DNA of 64,000 nt from Lama guanicoe (GCA_013239625.1 MU056313.1:2465786-2529785), one strand, 5' to 3'; positions 14,288-27,438 are shown, counted from the first letter of the stretch. Numbers and translations: made by a program. The notes: a model not told the origin generated them from the letters alone.

Positions 14288-15994
14288 GTAAGCATCTCCT
14301 TACATTATGCAGCCAGAATATTCTGTACCAGTGGTTTCTTTTTCAGTGAAATGGTAATGAGAAATTATTTGTTCCTCAACTTTATTTTAAGTACCATAAT
14401 TCATAAAGTTGTCTTAATTTGCTTCTGCATCATTTTATATCATCATATTCGAGAACATATAAAAATTAGGTGAAATAATTCTGGATTCCTTCACAGGCTG
14501 TGAAATTCTGGGCTTCCTCATCTCCTCTCTACCCAGTTTTCGTTTCCTTAGATAAGGACTATAGACATCTAACTTTCAATATTGTTAGATGACACGATGA
14601 CAATACATTGGGAAAAACCATGATAAATTATTAAAAATTTTATAAATTTTGTCCTATATACATTTGTTCATTATACTCTGACCACACAAATCAGAAATAC
14701 TGTTATAACCAGTAAATGAGGACTTCTTATATACCAGACATTCTAAGTACATAAACATATTCAATCCTTAAGAAAACATTACAAGTTAAGTACTGTTATC
14801 CCAATTTTATCTTTAGTAAGCTGAAACCTGGGCTCCGTAACATACCAAGTATTTACAGTTGGCAAGGGACAAAGTAGAAATGAACCAAAACTGCTTGTAA
14901 ACACTGGTCCTAACTACCTAAGAGTCTACCAAGGTAAATTCTATTGGTAGGCTTTGAATATGACATTTACTTAAAAATAGTACAGAAGTTCAGACATAGT
15001 TCAGTAGCAATATTGGATAATGCAAACTCCCAGTCATATTGTATCAACAACAAATATCGGTATAACAGTAACTTGTCCTTCCACAGATTTCCATCAACAT
15101 AAGTGGAAAACTTTGTAAGCTGGTTTCGTGAGTGCCATTCAATGGCATTAATGTCACTAAGAAAGGAGCTCCCCAAACCCTTCCTTTTACATCTTTTACA
15201 ACTATATATGCACCTAAAATGTTCAATTTTAGAGTTCTAACCTGGCCTAAGGATTGCTGTAAAGACACAGAGGCTCTCAGGTGACAGGATAATGACAGCA
15301 AAAACAGGTGCAAAGGGGCGTCCTCTATAGAAGAGCACAGATGAATTCTGAGGTCTGGCTACACCTCTATACTTGCAAAGCGTGTGGGCTCCATTTATTT
15401 GTTTGTAAAACAGTGACAGCAGTGTATACATCGCTGTGCATGCTGTGTGAGACAATAATGCCAGTAAAGCCAATAGCACACTGCTGGCTCACAGGAGCTG
15501 GTGCTGTGGCTGCAGTTGGTGGTGTAATTTTATCTAATGATCTGACAGATAGCATGCTGTGTGGTGTATATATTCATTCACTAATGTTTGTCTTAAATGA
15601 CACTGTACTCAGATCCAGAGCCATGATAAAAACCCCCTGCCATTACAGACTCTTGACGCCTTTTAATACACCTGGTGAAAGAACTGTAATAGTTTACTTG
15701 ATAACCAGATTATTGGTCATTCATTATATAAACAGAAAAATACTGGCATTCCAGTGCAAGGCTTTTAAAGCTAAGAGTATTAGGAAAAGCCATAGGGAAG
15801 GCTTGAGGTAAGAGAAATTGGTCTTACCGGATTTCCTCCCTTTTTCCAGTCATCTCTTCCATTTTGGCATACCTCCTCTGGACATATTCATGTTGTTGAA
15901 ACTCTTCTACATAGAAAAAAGACACATGGTACAAATCATAACACTGAACTGCCAGTAATAAATTACACCAATAAGAGAATTTTTACTTTAAAAG

Positions 15995-16653
15995 GTGATT
16001 ATAAACTTATGTTCATATAAAAACCTGTACATGAATGTTTATAGTAGCTTTATTCATAATTCCCTAAACTTTGAAGCAATGAAGGTGTCCTTCAGTAGGT
16101 GAATGGATAAACAAACTATGGTACATCCATATAATGGAACAGTAATCAATAATGAAAAGAAATGAGTTACCCAGCCACAGAAAGACATGNNNNNNNNNNN
16201 NNNNNNNNNNNNNNNNNNNNNNNNNNNNNNNNNNNNNNNNNNNNNNNNNNNNNNNNNNNNNNNNNNNNNNNNNNNNNNNNNNNNNNNNNNNNNNNNNNNN
16301 NNNNNNNNNNNNNNNNNNNNNNNNNNNNNNNNNNNNNNNNNNNNNNNNNNNNNNNNNNNNNNNNNTATGGCAATGACACAACTCTGTATGATACAGTAGT
16401 GATGGACACATATCTGTCAAACCCATAGGATGTTCAACAGAAAACATGAGCCCTAACATAAACTATGGACTTTAATTACATTTAATAATAGTGTATTGAT
16501 ATGGTTCATCAATTGTAAGAAATGTACCACACTAATAGAAGATGTCAAAACAAGAGAAACTGTGTGCAGGGGAAAAAGGATATATGAAATCTCTCTGTAC
16601 TTTCCAATCAATTTTTCTAGAAACCTAAAACTGCTCTAAAATATATAAAGTCT
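15995..16653 (+). mobile_element. Old L1 (L1MC-like) 3' region, interrupted by N-gap 16190-16365
   Basis: GGTGAATGGATAAACAAACTATGGTACATCCATATAATGGAA and terminal AAACCTAAAACTGCTCTAAA are L1M 3' motifs. Confidence 0.8.
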
Positions 16654-16746
16654 AGGAAATCCTAGCAACAGCAATCAGACAAGGAAAAGAAAGAAAAGGA
16701 ATCCAAATTGAAAAGTAGGAAGTAAAGCTGTCAGTATCTGCAGATG
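16654..16746 (+). mobile_element. Isolated internal L1 ORF2 (RT region) fragment
   Basis: CCTAGCAACAGCAATCAGACAAG.AAAAGAAA..AAAGGAATCCAAATTG...TGCAGATGA corresponds to L1 ORF2 LAxAIRQxKE.KGIQI...FADD; flanked by AGTCT on both sides. Confidence 0.8.
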
Positions 16747-16938
16747 AGTCTGTTAATTTTTAAGAGGTGATTATGAAGAAATCATTTTTGATATCAAGGA
16801 ATAAATTCCTAAAAATGCAGCTTGGGCCACGGGGGATAAGAGTCATACTATGGCCACCAGCACCTTCCACCAGTATTCCTGGTCCACATGTGAACCCCCT
16901 GCAACAGAAGCCAAACTGAAGCCGATTCCTTCTTTCAG

Positions 16939-17126
16939 TTCTGCAAGCATGGCCAGTGACTTTAGGAAAAGGCGGAAGAGCGAGCCTGCGGTGGGGCAGC
17001 CGAGGGGCTTGGGGGATCCAAATGCAAGCAGGACCAGCCCAGGTCGAGCGGACCTCCCAGGATCAAGCACCACCCTGACCAAGTCCTTCATCAGTTCTTC
17101 TCCTTCTTCCCCGTCAAGAGCAAAAG
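16939..17126 (+). CDS. SORBS2: SORBS2 exon [16 protein letters not shown]...SPSRAK, phase 2-1
   Basis: TTCTTTCAG| acceptor, AAG|GTGAGC donor, 188 nt; frame joins both neighbours; includes basic RKRRK motif. Confidence 0.96.
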
Positions 17127-19476
17127 GTGAGCAACACTAAATGACATGTAGACAATTCTCTGGTTTAAGTTTTAACATAGATTACCCCAGAAGAGCTGAT
17201 CCCATGATCACTACCCAGAGATAGTTAGCATTTAAATTCAGTGTCTTAAATAAAATACAGTTTCACAATAGCATTCTTTACACATAGACCAAATCAGGCT
17301 GGTGAACCATTTGAGTGGCTTAAAGGACTCTCATTATCATATATTGATGCTTCCTTTTCTCCAAATATATCATTTGTGTTTTTTGGAACAAATTTAAAGT
17401 GTCAAATAATGTACTGTCAGACTATTAAAAGATTACATTTATAAATACTTGCATATTGTCCAATGCTAATGTTACTACAACTAGCAAAATTAATCAGATT
17501 TATAGAAAAGAAATTAGAAGTAGCAACAGAGAGCACTGTTGCCTAAGACATAAACTGGTTTGGGGTATTTTTTAATTATTCATTTCTAGATAAAAATTTG
17601 TCTAACCTTTGAGAATTGGTTTCTTTAATTATTTGCGTTATATTTTGGTCAGTATTCATATATAGAATAGAATATCCATGTTCAGCATGTAACATAGTGT
17701 TCAATTCACAACAGTCCACTACTAAGAACTAACCGGTTTCAGGCCATAATTGTAAAATTTAGATACCATCAGGCCATTTTCCTGTGTGGCCTGTCTCCTC
17801 TCTGGAAATTTCAGTCAGTTGTGTTGAAAGGGAGCGATCACTCCTTCAAGTCTCTGAAATACTATTTAATGCATTACTGCAGCTATAACAGAAATATTCC
17901 TAAGACAGAGACCTGGGATTGAACCAGCATCCATAAGTACCTGGGATTTGAGGGCCCAAGGTCTCCTCCAGTCCTCTGGAGTTGAAACAGGAGAGAAGAA
18001 ATCTGAAATGTGTGAAGAAAGTGAGCTGTAACTGACATCTCCCTAAGGCAGCAAAGATTGAGCTACACGTATCAAATGTAGGCACCGAAAGTGTTACCAC
18101 ATAAAACCAAAGCTAAGATCTGGTTTGTGTGCAAAAGCTAGGCTGGGTTTGATGGCTGGGCTGGGGATGGCACTGGCTTTTGTCCCCTCCTAGTAAAGCT
18201 GTGAATACTTCCTGGAAGGTTCAAGGGGAGCGATGCTCCTTCATTATACCATTCCTCAAATTAACAGAGGTACCCTTATCAGAGTCTACTCATTTATGCA
18301 AACAAATATCCTAAGGAAACCAACAGGTCATGAAATGCCATTGATGCATTATGCCCAGATACCACCCCAATGTTAAAAGGATTCTGATTAACTTAGATAT
18401 TCGTTTTTATCCTAGGGATTGTTAAGTCAACCTCCTTTTCCAAACACTACATAGCTACTTGATGTGCTTACCCACTTCTGAAGAACTTGGGGAAGGCAGG
18501 AGCTATTAGTAGAGAGATTTTCCTCCACTATGCTTATTTCTAAGAGGAAAATGTCCCATTAGATGTAATCTGGCCTCTTGTTTATTAATCAGCTCAGCAA
18601 CACAAAAGAAAAGACTATTTCCATAGATACTTGGAATGGAGGTCAGGGTTAGCTCTACATTATTAAATTGCACATGAGTTTTTTAAAAAGATCCTTCTTG
18701 GAAAAAAGCGAATGCATTTGCCTCTGAGGAAAGTTTTGCATTATATCCAGGTATCCTTATGAGAATCTGCCTAATAAGAGGTTGAAGGCAGAGAAATTTA
18801 AGAGAGAAATTATTTGTTTAAGGAGGTGCTAGTTTGGGGGTTTTTTTTCCCTTGAAAAAACATTAGCAGCAATAGTTCAAAGCAATTGAACTTGATTTTA
18901 CAATTCTGGAAAATATTTTGTCTTGTTTTTTCTATCTAAAGCCCATGAAAAATTATTTGATATGGTTATGGGAATATTAATTAAATGTAAATTTATAACT
19001 TACTCTTTAATTCTCTATTATATATAAATCAAGTAAGACTCAAATCCTGACCCTACTGAGCTGATTAAAACTCTTAACATTTTTGGTATTAATTACAAAG
19101 CCTTTAAATTACTACAGGTCATGCTATTAGCTTACAAGGTACTGTTGTGTTTTTGACATACCAAATTTGCAGAAAGATGGATGAATTATGCAACAGAAAT
19201 AGGGGTGTTAGCTACACCAATTACTTTTTAAACATGGTTCCTTTAACTCTAATACCTGCAAAGCTACGTTTATTGAAAAAGTATTACCTTGCTTTAGAAT
19301 CAGATTTTTTCCTCTAAAGTTGAAGCTACATGTACAACAGTCAGTGTCTGGATTGACCCCCACTAACTGCTTTCTCTTTGCTGTGCTATCTGATGCTAAC
19401 TGACACGCTCTCCTCTTTCTGAGCCTTTTAACTTCTCCTAACGTCTCTCTTCCACCACGCTGCCCTGGATTAAAAG

Positions 19477-21057
19477 GTGGGGACGATAGCAAAATGTGTC
19501 CACCCCTTTGCAGTTACTCAGGGCTCAACGGCAACCCCTCGCACGAGTTAGATTACTGTGACACTTACAGACAGCATCTGGACGTCCCCCATGACTCACA
19601 GAGGGCCATTACTTTCAAAAACGGCTGGCAAATGGCCCGGCAAAACGCAGAGGTCTGGAGCAGCACTGAAGAAACGGTTTCCCCCAAGATCAAATCCCGC
19701 AGTTGCGATGACCTCCTAAATGACGACTGCGACAGCTTCCCTGACCCGAAAACCAAGTCGGAAAGTATGGGCTCTCTGTTATGCGAAGAGGACTCCAAGG
19801 AGAGCTGCCCCATGACCTGGGCTTCCCCCTACATCCAGGAGGGCCGCGGTAACAGCAGATCAAGGCTTCGACACAGGTCCGCCCACGACGCCCCAGGGTT
19901 CCTAAAAATGTACAAGAAGATGCACCGCATCAACCGCAAGGATCTGATGAACTCGGAGGTGATCTGCTCTGTGAAGTCGAGGATAATGCAGTACGAAAAG
20001 GAACAGCAACACAGGGGTCTGCTCCATGGGTGGAGCCAGTCCTCCACCGAGGAGGTGCCCAGGGACATGGTGCCCACCCGCATTTCTGAATTTGAAAAGT
20101 TGATTCAGAAGTCAAAATCCATGCCGAATTTAGGAGATGAAATGTTATCTCCTATAACCCTAGAAACACAACAAAACGGTTTGTGTCCCCAAAGGCGATT
20201 TTCCATCGAGTCTTTGCTGGAGGAAGAAAATCAAAGCAGACACCCTTCTCAGGTCCAAAGAAGCTACACATCCACAGCCCTGGTGCCAATCCACATTGAG
20301 GTCACCAGTGATGAGCAGCCCAGAGCTCACGTGGAGTTTTCCGACAGCGACCAAGATGGAGTTGTGTCTGATCACAGCGATTACATTCATGTAGAAGGAT
20401 CGTCCTTCTGCAGTGAGAGTGATTTTGATCACTTTTCCTTCACGTCCTCTGAAAGTTTTTATGGATCCAGCCACCATCACCACCACCATCACCACCATCA
20501 TCACCGGCACCTCATCAGCTCCTGCAAAGGCAGGTGCCCTGCCTCCTACACTCGATTTACCACGATGCTGAAACACGAAAGAGCTAAACATGAAAACATT
20601 GAGGAGCCCAGAAGACAAGAAATGGACCCTGGCCTTTCTAAGCTGGCATTTCTGGTCAGTCCCGTGCCTTTCCGGAGGAAAAAGAATTCGACTCCCAAAA
20701 AACAGACCGAAAAGTCAAAGTGTAAAACATCCGTATTTGAGGCTCTGGACTCCGCCCTTAAAGACATCTGTGACCAAATAAAGGCTGAAAAGAGAAGGGG
20801 AAGTTTGCCAGACAACAGTATATTGCACCGTCTTATCAGCGAACTGCTGCCGGATATTCCCGAAAGGAATTCCTCACTCAAAGCTCTAAAAAGGAGCCCC
20901 GTGCACCAGCCTTTCCACCCACTGCCTCAAGATGGTGCTATTCATTGTCCATTGTACCAGAACGACTGTGGGAGCATGCCTCACAGCGCCTCCTTCCAGG
21001 ATGACACCAACAACAACTACCACCCCCAAGACCATGAGAGTGTGCTGAGCCTCCAAG
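19477..21057 (+). CDS. SORBS2: SORBS2 large alternative exon (527 codons; nArgBP2-type insert with His11 tract), phase 1-1
   Basis: Covers the 523-aa ORF; TAAAAG| acceptor, AAG|GTGGAT donor; 1581 nt is divisible by 3; peptide ([50 protein letters not shown]) matches SORBS2. Confidence 0.97.
20472..20504 (+). repeat. Coding (CAY)11 repeat encoding poly-His
   Basis: Eleven mixed CAC/CAT codons seen directly. Confidence 0.95.
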
Positions 21058-22094
21058 GTGGATGAGCTTTTCTTTCTTTTCCCTCGTGGTTCAGATACCC
21101 ACCCTCCAGCTCTCTCATTTTCCATTCCTCCATCTCATCATTCTTAAGCTGTGAGACCACTTGACATCATTACGTGTTGTGAAGCAAATGCGTATTGTGC
21201 AAACATGTCTTACTGAGTAGATCTCATTTGCTCGTGGGAAACTTGGACCTGATGTGGCTTAAAGTGCTCCTCAATTCACAAAAATTTACTCATTCGAAAT
21301 CGAAAGGGAAAACCATTTCGTAGCTTGACATTAGGGTTGAAACAACTATTACATGAAACAACAAACTAAACTTCTTTCACCAGTTTAAAAGGATTTCAAG
21401 GCAGAAATTATAACTGAGTATCAGTATCCTTAAGAGACTGACAACTTTGCATTAACTTTTTTTGTTGTAAAATGAATCAAAACCAGTAGTTTAACAAATA
21501 GTCTTTTCCTGATTCTTATATTAACTTTATAGTCATCCACTCAATAAATAATTTGCTGGCATTCTGTATAGAAGACATTATATCAGAACACTTAGGAAGC
21601 AAAACTGAAATATGTAATATAGCAATTGATGGATGATTAAAAGAGAATAGGACTTGATTAATAACTTCCTCCATTTAAAAGACACAATTTGGATAAAATT
21701 TTTGTGAATATATCTTTAAGCTGTGTTTATAAAAGTCTCATTTCTGTCATTCAGTGTATACATGTTCTCTTCCTTTTCATTATTTAATTAACATATTTTC
21801 TATTTCTGCTAAAACAATCCTATACTGACATTTGAATTAGACTATTTAGGCTAAAAATGATTCTCAACTTCATTTTCATAGATGGATTAACCCTTGAAGT
21901 AGAACACAAGGACAAATAGCAATTTAAATTCAGAGAACATTTTTTTTTGAGGTTTACATAATTAAAGAACAGAGGATGTTTTGATATTTTATCCAGTCAT
22001 TTTCATTAATGCTTAAAGTGCATCTGTTTACTATGTAAATTTCCAGAAGCTAGAATGAATATTCCAGGCTGAAACTTGGCTTGCCAGCAGTCTT

Positions 22095-22275
22095 CTAGGC
22101 ACCAGACATTGCAAAGTGCTTTACATACATTCTCTACTTCACTCGGACCTAAACCTACGTGATAGGTTTTACTGTAAGCACTGTTTTACAGTGGAGGAAA
22201 CTGAGACCCAAAGAGGACAAGAAATCTGACTGAGGTCACACAGAGAGTAGGCAGCGGAAACAAGATTCAAACTCT
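22095..22275 (-). mobile_element. MIR SINE
   Basis: TTTTACAGTGGAGGAAACTGAGACCCA...AGGTCACACAG core motif. Confidence 0.75.
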
Positions 22276-24019
22276 TGTAATTCACAATTTACAGTAAAGA
22301 ATATAATCTCTATAGGCAAAAAAGAAACATAATTCAGGTTTCATATTAATACAATATATATGGCCCCAGTTTTTAGTTACCAGTCACAGACTTCTTTATC
22401 TAATTCGTACTTCCCTTTGCTTTCATTGATACTACACAACATGTTTCAAAAACAGTAAATGCAAATTTTTAAATCAATGTCAACAATTTGAAATTTTCAC
22501 TGATTGAGACATGTCACAATCTAATTTTTAAATAAATTAGCTACCTTTTCCAGTTATTCAATATCCTAATATAATCGTATCTAAACTTTCTGTACCGATA
22601 GAGTACAATATTGAAACAGGATCTGAGAGTGTTTTGAAATGCATTTAAAGAGTATTTTGTTTTTTAATAAAATATTTAATTTTGAATTTTCTTTAGCCCA
22701 ATCCAAAAATAGTTTAAATTCGAAGGATTACTAAAAATAATTTGAAATTTATGATCACTATGAAAGCCCTCACAATCATAAATGTATATTAATTAAAAAT
22801 GGAAAATATACTGCATATAATCCTCTTGCATTTGTGAAAATAACTGGTTAAATTTTACTTGAAATATCTGTGGCCGTGCTACCTCCCTAAACCTAAAGAC
22901 TGTGGAATTCACCACTGACAGGGAGGCAGCCATTTATCCTTATATGTCTTGTAACTGACATCCCAGCTGCTAAGAGCAGACAATTCTTCCTTATAGTCGA
23001 AGTAGTCAAAACCTTTAAGCAATGTTTTCTTTTAATGGATCAGCATTTGTCATTCTTTTATAGATGGGTTTATTTTATTTTTAATGCTTTTTAAATTTAA
23101 TGTAACTAAGTTTATTGAAGGAATAAGAGAAAAAACTTACAAATTTTGATCGAGTTATATTGGTAAAATTCTGTAACATAGACTACTCGAATACTTTTAG
23201 CCTTTAGTTAACACTTCCACATATAAATGCAAAAGATACAAGATATTATTAAGAGATAATCTGCAATCATGATTTTGTAATGTAATTAATTATTTATACT
23301 TTGTTTTATGGTGAACGAAAACAATGCAGTAGTTAGGTCATAAGCAATTTGACAACTAATATGACACCTTCTGTTGAGAGACTCTTTATCCCCTTGTCTC
23401 TCGGAATAAATATTTGCTTTCTGATAAGACAGCTGAGCACAGAGGAAAGCAATAGATAATGGCCTTTTAAGCCTTAAGCCTTAAGATGACACCTTCAGAC
23501 TCAATAAGTAGTTAAAAACAGGAAAGGAGGGACATGACCATAGTTCTGTCATCATCATACTTTCTTTTTCTCTCTTTTTCATTACTACATTCTTAAATTG
23601 TGCCACAAAATGTTTCCGTTTCCATAAATTGTTGTTATGTTCTCCATCTTGTATAGGCCCTATTACAGCCATTATAAACTGGTGGCAAAAAGTATAGAAA
23701 GTATGGAATCCTTGAGATGAAAAATCTAACTATGAACTGTCTATAGTGGGTACTCGGTATAATTATGTCAGCAGTGTAACAATTCTATTTCTATTTACGA
23801 GCAAACACTTCTGCAACCGTGGGTATTTATTCTCTTGAAATGCTCTGTTTTTGTGTCTGATATCACAACTTTATAGTTACCTATGGGTTTTAGACCCATG
23901 TTTTCCAGTGAGATGTCTCTTCAGTTTGAAGGGGAAAAGAGTTGCCACTAAGGAACATGGCTAAACAAGTCTGCTTTTGATTAAGTGGATACTCACTCTG
24001 ACCCTGTCCTTTCCAATAG

Positions 24020-24108
24020 ACCATGAGTCCCCTAGAAGTTACTCATCCACCCTGACTGACCTGGGGAGAGGCGCCCCAAGGGAAAGAAGAGGAACTCCAG
24101 AAAAAGAG
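24020..24108 (+). CDS. SORBS2: SORBS2 exon [30 protein letters not shown], phase 1-0
   Basis: CCTTTCCAATAG| acceptor, GAG|GTAGTC donor, 89 nt. Confidence 0.96.
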
Positions 24109-25474
24109 GTAGTCTGTTTAATAGCATTTGAGTCTCTTTCAACAATACGCTTGATAAAGCACTTGCCAGTCAAAGTTACATCCAAAGCCAGATTAAAAAC
24201 ACCAAATGACAATGGAGAGACTACAAACACTTTCCCCTGGAGCCTGAGCAAAGGACTTGCAGCCATTTGCACTTGGAGCCTAGTTGTAGGTGCACTAGTT
24301 GTAGGTGTCCCCTAGTTGTGGTCCAGTTTTGACGGTGAGGTCTCTGTGAGTGTTGACCTGACACCCAGGGATTAACAGCTGGGTCTAAAAGAGTCCTGAG
24401 CTGGGCCATCCCTTGGGGGAAGAAGGTGTCCCCTGTACAAACTTCTGGCCCAGTGATGTAGGGGAAAGCCCTTGGTCAGCAATGTTACAAGTCAATACAA
24501 ATCCTACAGAAATAATTTTTGCTCACCTGCTTTTGTTGGAGAGAATCCTGGGAGGGGAAAAAAAACCACCGTTGCCCCTGAGAACCACCTACCAGCTAGC
24601 TCTTTGTCCACTGTCCCGAGCCAGGGCTGGAGGTCTGGTTCTTACTGTCTTGGACCCACAAAGGTGTGATAGAAACTGAAGGCTGGCAGCTACTCCAGAA
24701 GGATCTTTACGGGTATCTGATGTAGTCCCTACCTTTGGGACTCCCAAAGAAGTCAGGAAGTTGTCCAAAATTCACCAGAATCACAGGGAAAGAGAGTGAG
24801 GTGAGGGCATTATCGGAATCAGGGAGAAAGAGCTGAAGTCGTAGAGCCACAGGTGCGCCAGGCAGATCTGTGGGCCCCAAAGCTTCAGAGGGGCACGTGT
24901 CACATCATATCCTGACTCAAAGGTGAGCAGCTGGTTTCCCACGTGCTGAAGAACTCCTGAACTCTCCAGGGAATGCAAGGTGACCAAGCCCATACTTTCA
25001 GCCACTGACTAGCCTCCCAGTGACAGCTGGCTAACACTCCTTTGCTACTATAAGTGTTCAGTAAAAGAGGTGATGACTTCCCTCATGACTTTTTCCAGTT
25101 CTTTTTTTTATAATTCAGAAGGAGTTGGGCATACAGCGACTGACCCCCAACAATTATCCCAGGAAAAGCCAAAATTATCCTAGGACCAAATCCTCTGCAG
25201 GAATCTTATTCCCATTTTATGGGATAAATTACCTCAGTTCCTAAGACAAAATATGATGTTCAATAGTTATGTCGAATATTATCTGTTATTTTCCTGTTAT
25301 AGTTTAAACATCTAAATGAAGAATTAATCGATTTATTTATAAATTGCATACATGATTTACACTGTATATGTTTAATCACTCCTTGAGGTTTCGTTTTTCT
25401 TTAATTCACGTGAAAATACTTTCCTATAGGAAACCCAAATTTTCAGTTATTGCTAACCATTTCCTTCCTTTCAG

Positions 25475-25521
25475 AAACTGCCTGCAAAAGCTGTTTACGA
25501 TTTTAAGGCTCAGACATCCAA
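25475..25521 (+). CDS. SORBS2: SORBS2 exon KLPAKAVYDFKAQTS(K), start of SH3-1, phase 0-2
   Basis: GCTAAC branch point, TTCCTTCCTTTCAG| acceptor, AA|GTAAGT donor, 47 nt; too short for the ORF track. Confidence 0.96.
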
Positions 25522-27250
25522 GTAAGTAAGATAAATCATATGATTTAAGTTGACTTTAAATACTTTAGTAATACTTTAAAAGATAAATATTGCAATGGGA
25601 TGTGTTAAGTTTGAAAGAAGACCTAATCTACTCTAATTAAACGGTTCCTTCTGAATTAATTGGGATGCGGGTAATTTTATTTTCATTCTGAGTTTAGTTG
25701 CGAAACACTGGGTTTTAAATTACACTAAACATCTTAGAACACAATGAGTCCAAAAGGATAGGAAAAAACAAAACAAAATTAAGGATCTTTGCTTCTAGAA
25801 TTTTCGTGTCAAGAATGAAGTAAAAATAAAGTGTGGGGGAGTAATTAGCGCTGAGTGGGAGAACTTGATGCTATCCAACTGCATCGAAGATAGTTTGCAG
25901 TTAAAGACTAGAATGGTGTACAAAGACTTCTGTAGAAAATCTCCTACTTCTCAATACTCAGAGCTTAGAGATGCTGAACAAAGTCCTATCCTGTGGTTTT
26001 TTGATGTTGCTGTTTTCACACTCCTGTGTTGCAACTTTTTTTTTTTAACCCTTTTTCTTTAGGAAGTTGGGCATGTGGTTGTGGAAGGCCAGTAGTAAGC
26101 ACATGAGTGGGCTTCAACAGGCAGCAGTCTTCCAGCTCTGTCGTGGCCCATGTCACGGACCTAAGAAAGTCTGGTCTCCATTAGAATTCAAGCTATTGTC
26201 ATTAAATTACACTGTGCTATTTAGATTGAATATATATAATAACCAAAGCATTTATTCATAAAAATGCATGTTATATTAATGAATAGTTGTAGAATCTGTC
26301 TCTGGCAGAAGATGTATAAAAATAAAATCACTCAGTTTTTGGGAATGAACTAAATAAGAAAATGCTATTTAGAAGTGAAGATGTTGAACATGGCTGAAAT
26401 CTGGGGTTAAAAAAAATCCTGAAGGAAAGTGTACATCTTTTTTGATGGGATAAATAACGTCTGCTCTGTTTCTACTACACTCTGATCCTAACTACTATTC
26501 TTTGCATGTGGTGTGATAATTCATGCGAGGCATGTCGGTTTTATAAAATAATGATATAAAACGTATAAATTTCACTTCTTCTTTGTGACAGTCAATCAGA
26601 AGTGTCCTTATGTGTATGAAGCCCTGAGGAATAGGTGTTTTGAGAAACCTTAATTAGAAACAAGCATGGAAAGAAAGATGAGGTGTGGTGCAGAGGAAAT
26701 GTGTTTGTAATGTTGACAGTGTCACTGGATTTCGTTTGCTCCAAGTGCTAAGCCCCTCACCCTCCTCCAAGGCCGCGTGCTCATCGTGAATGCCCGGAGT
26801 TGGCAAAAATTCAGGGAAACCCAGCCTCCCACAAACTGCCCATGGGGAGGGCACAGCCTCTCTGAAGGGTTGTCTGCACCACTCCTCCCTTTCACAAAGG
26901 TCTTTCTCAACCAACAAAATCTAATCATATAAGCTTTCAGAGAAGTGGACTGAATTATTGTCCATGGAAGCCATCCCATAGTGTTAGTGAGGGGAAAAAA
27001 AATGTTTTCCTCATACCATCAATAAATTTATCCAATGGCAGCTTAATCACATTCCTCTTGTCCTGTTCTCAGGACATGTAAAGAGGGATTGTCCATCATC
27101 CCCACACCGCTCCCTGCCTGACACAAAACTCAAGGTTATGCATGACTCATGCAGCTCAAAGGCTCACACACCCAGAAGCCCTGAAAGTTACAGGAAGACT
27201 AGCTACATTTTAAAGTCATTTCAATCATTAGCTAGATGTGAGGGTTAGCA

Positions 27251-27438
27251 GACATTGGTCCTGCGCAAAAACATCCATAAGGCATTTGGTCCACGCCACG
27301 TCCTTGAAATTTGGTCCTCTCTCAAATGTCTATGAGCATATTTGGTCCATGCCAAATGGTTCCGGACAGGATGAAACATCAAGGACCTTTTGTCACGGAC
27401 CAAATGTCTTATGGATGTTTTGGACAGGACCAAATGTC
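27251..27438. repeat. Imperfect palindrome / MITE-like element with repeated TTTGGTCC / GGACCAAA motifs
   Basis: The first ~42 nt are the reverse complement of the last ~43 nt with 3 mismatches and 1 gap; internal motif repeats are mirrored. Confidence 0.85.

Noticed and set aside
15308-15811. 167-aa plus-strand ORF
   Set aside because: Non-ATG start, no plausible flanking splice sites and no resemblance to SORBS proteins.
19494-21065. 523-aa ORF as a stand-alone intronless gene
   Set aside because: It is an internal SORBS2 exon with splice sites at 19477 and 21057; the ATG and stop are incidental.
19565-21125. Several antisense ORFs (82-152 aa) over the large exon, and 34144-34593 over exon A
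   Set aside because: Shadow ORFs of coding sequence with no independent signals.
27251-27438. CRISPR-like repeat-spacer array
   Set aside because: Motifs are only ~8 nt, irregularly spaced and inverted about a centre; eukaryotic intron with no cas genes.
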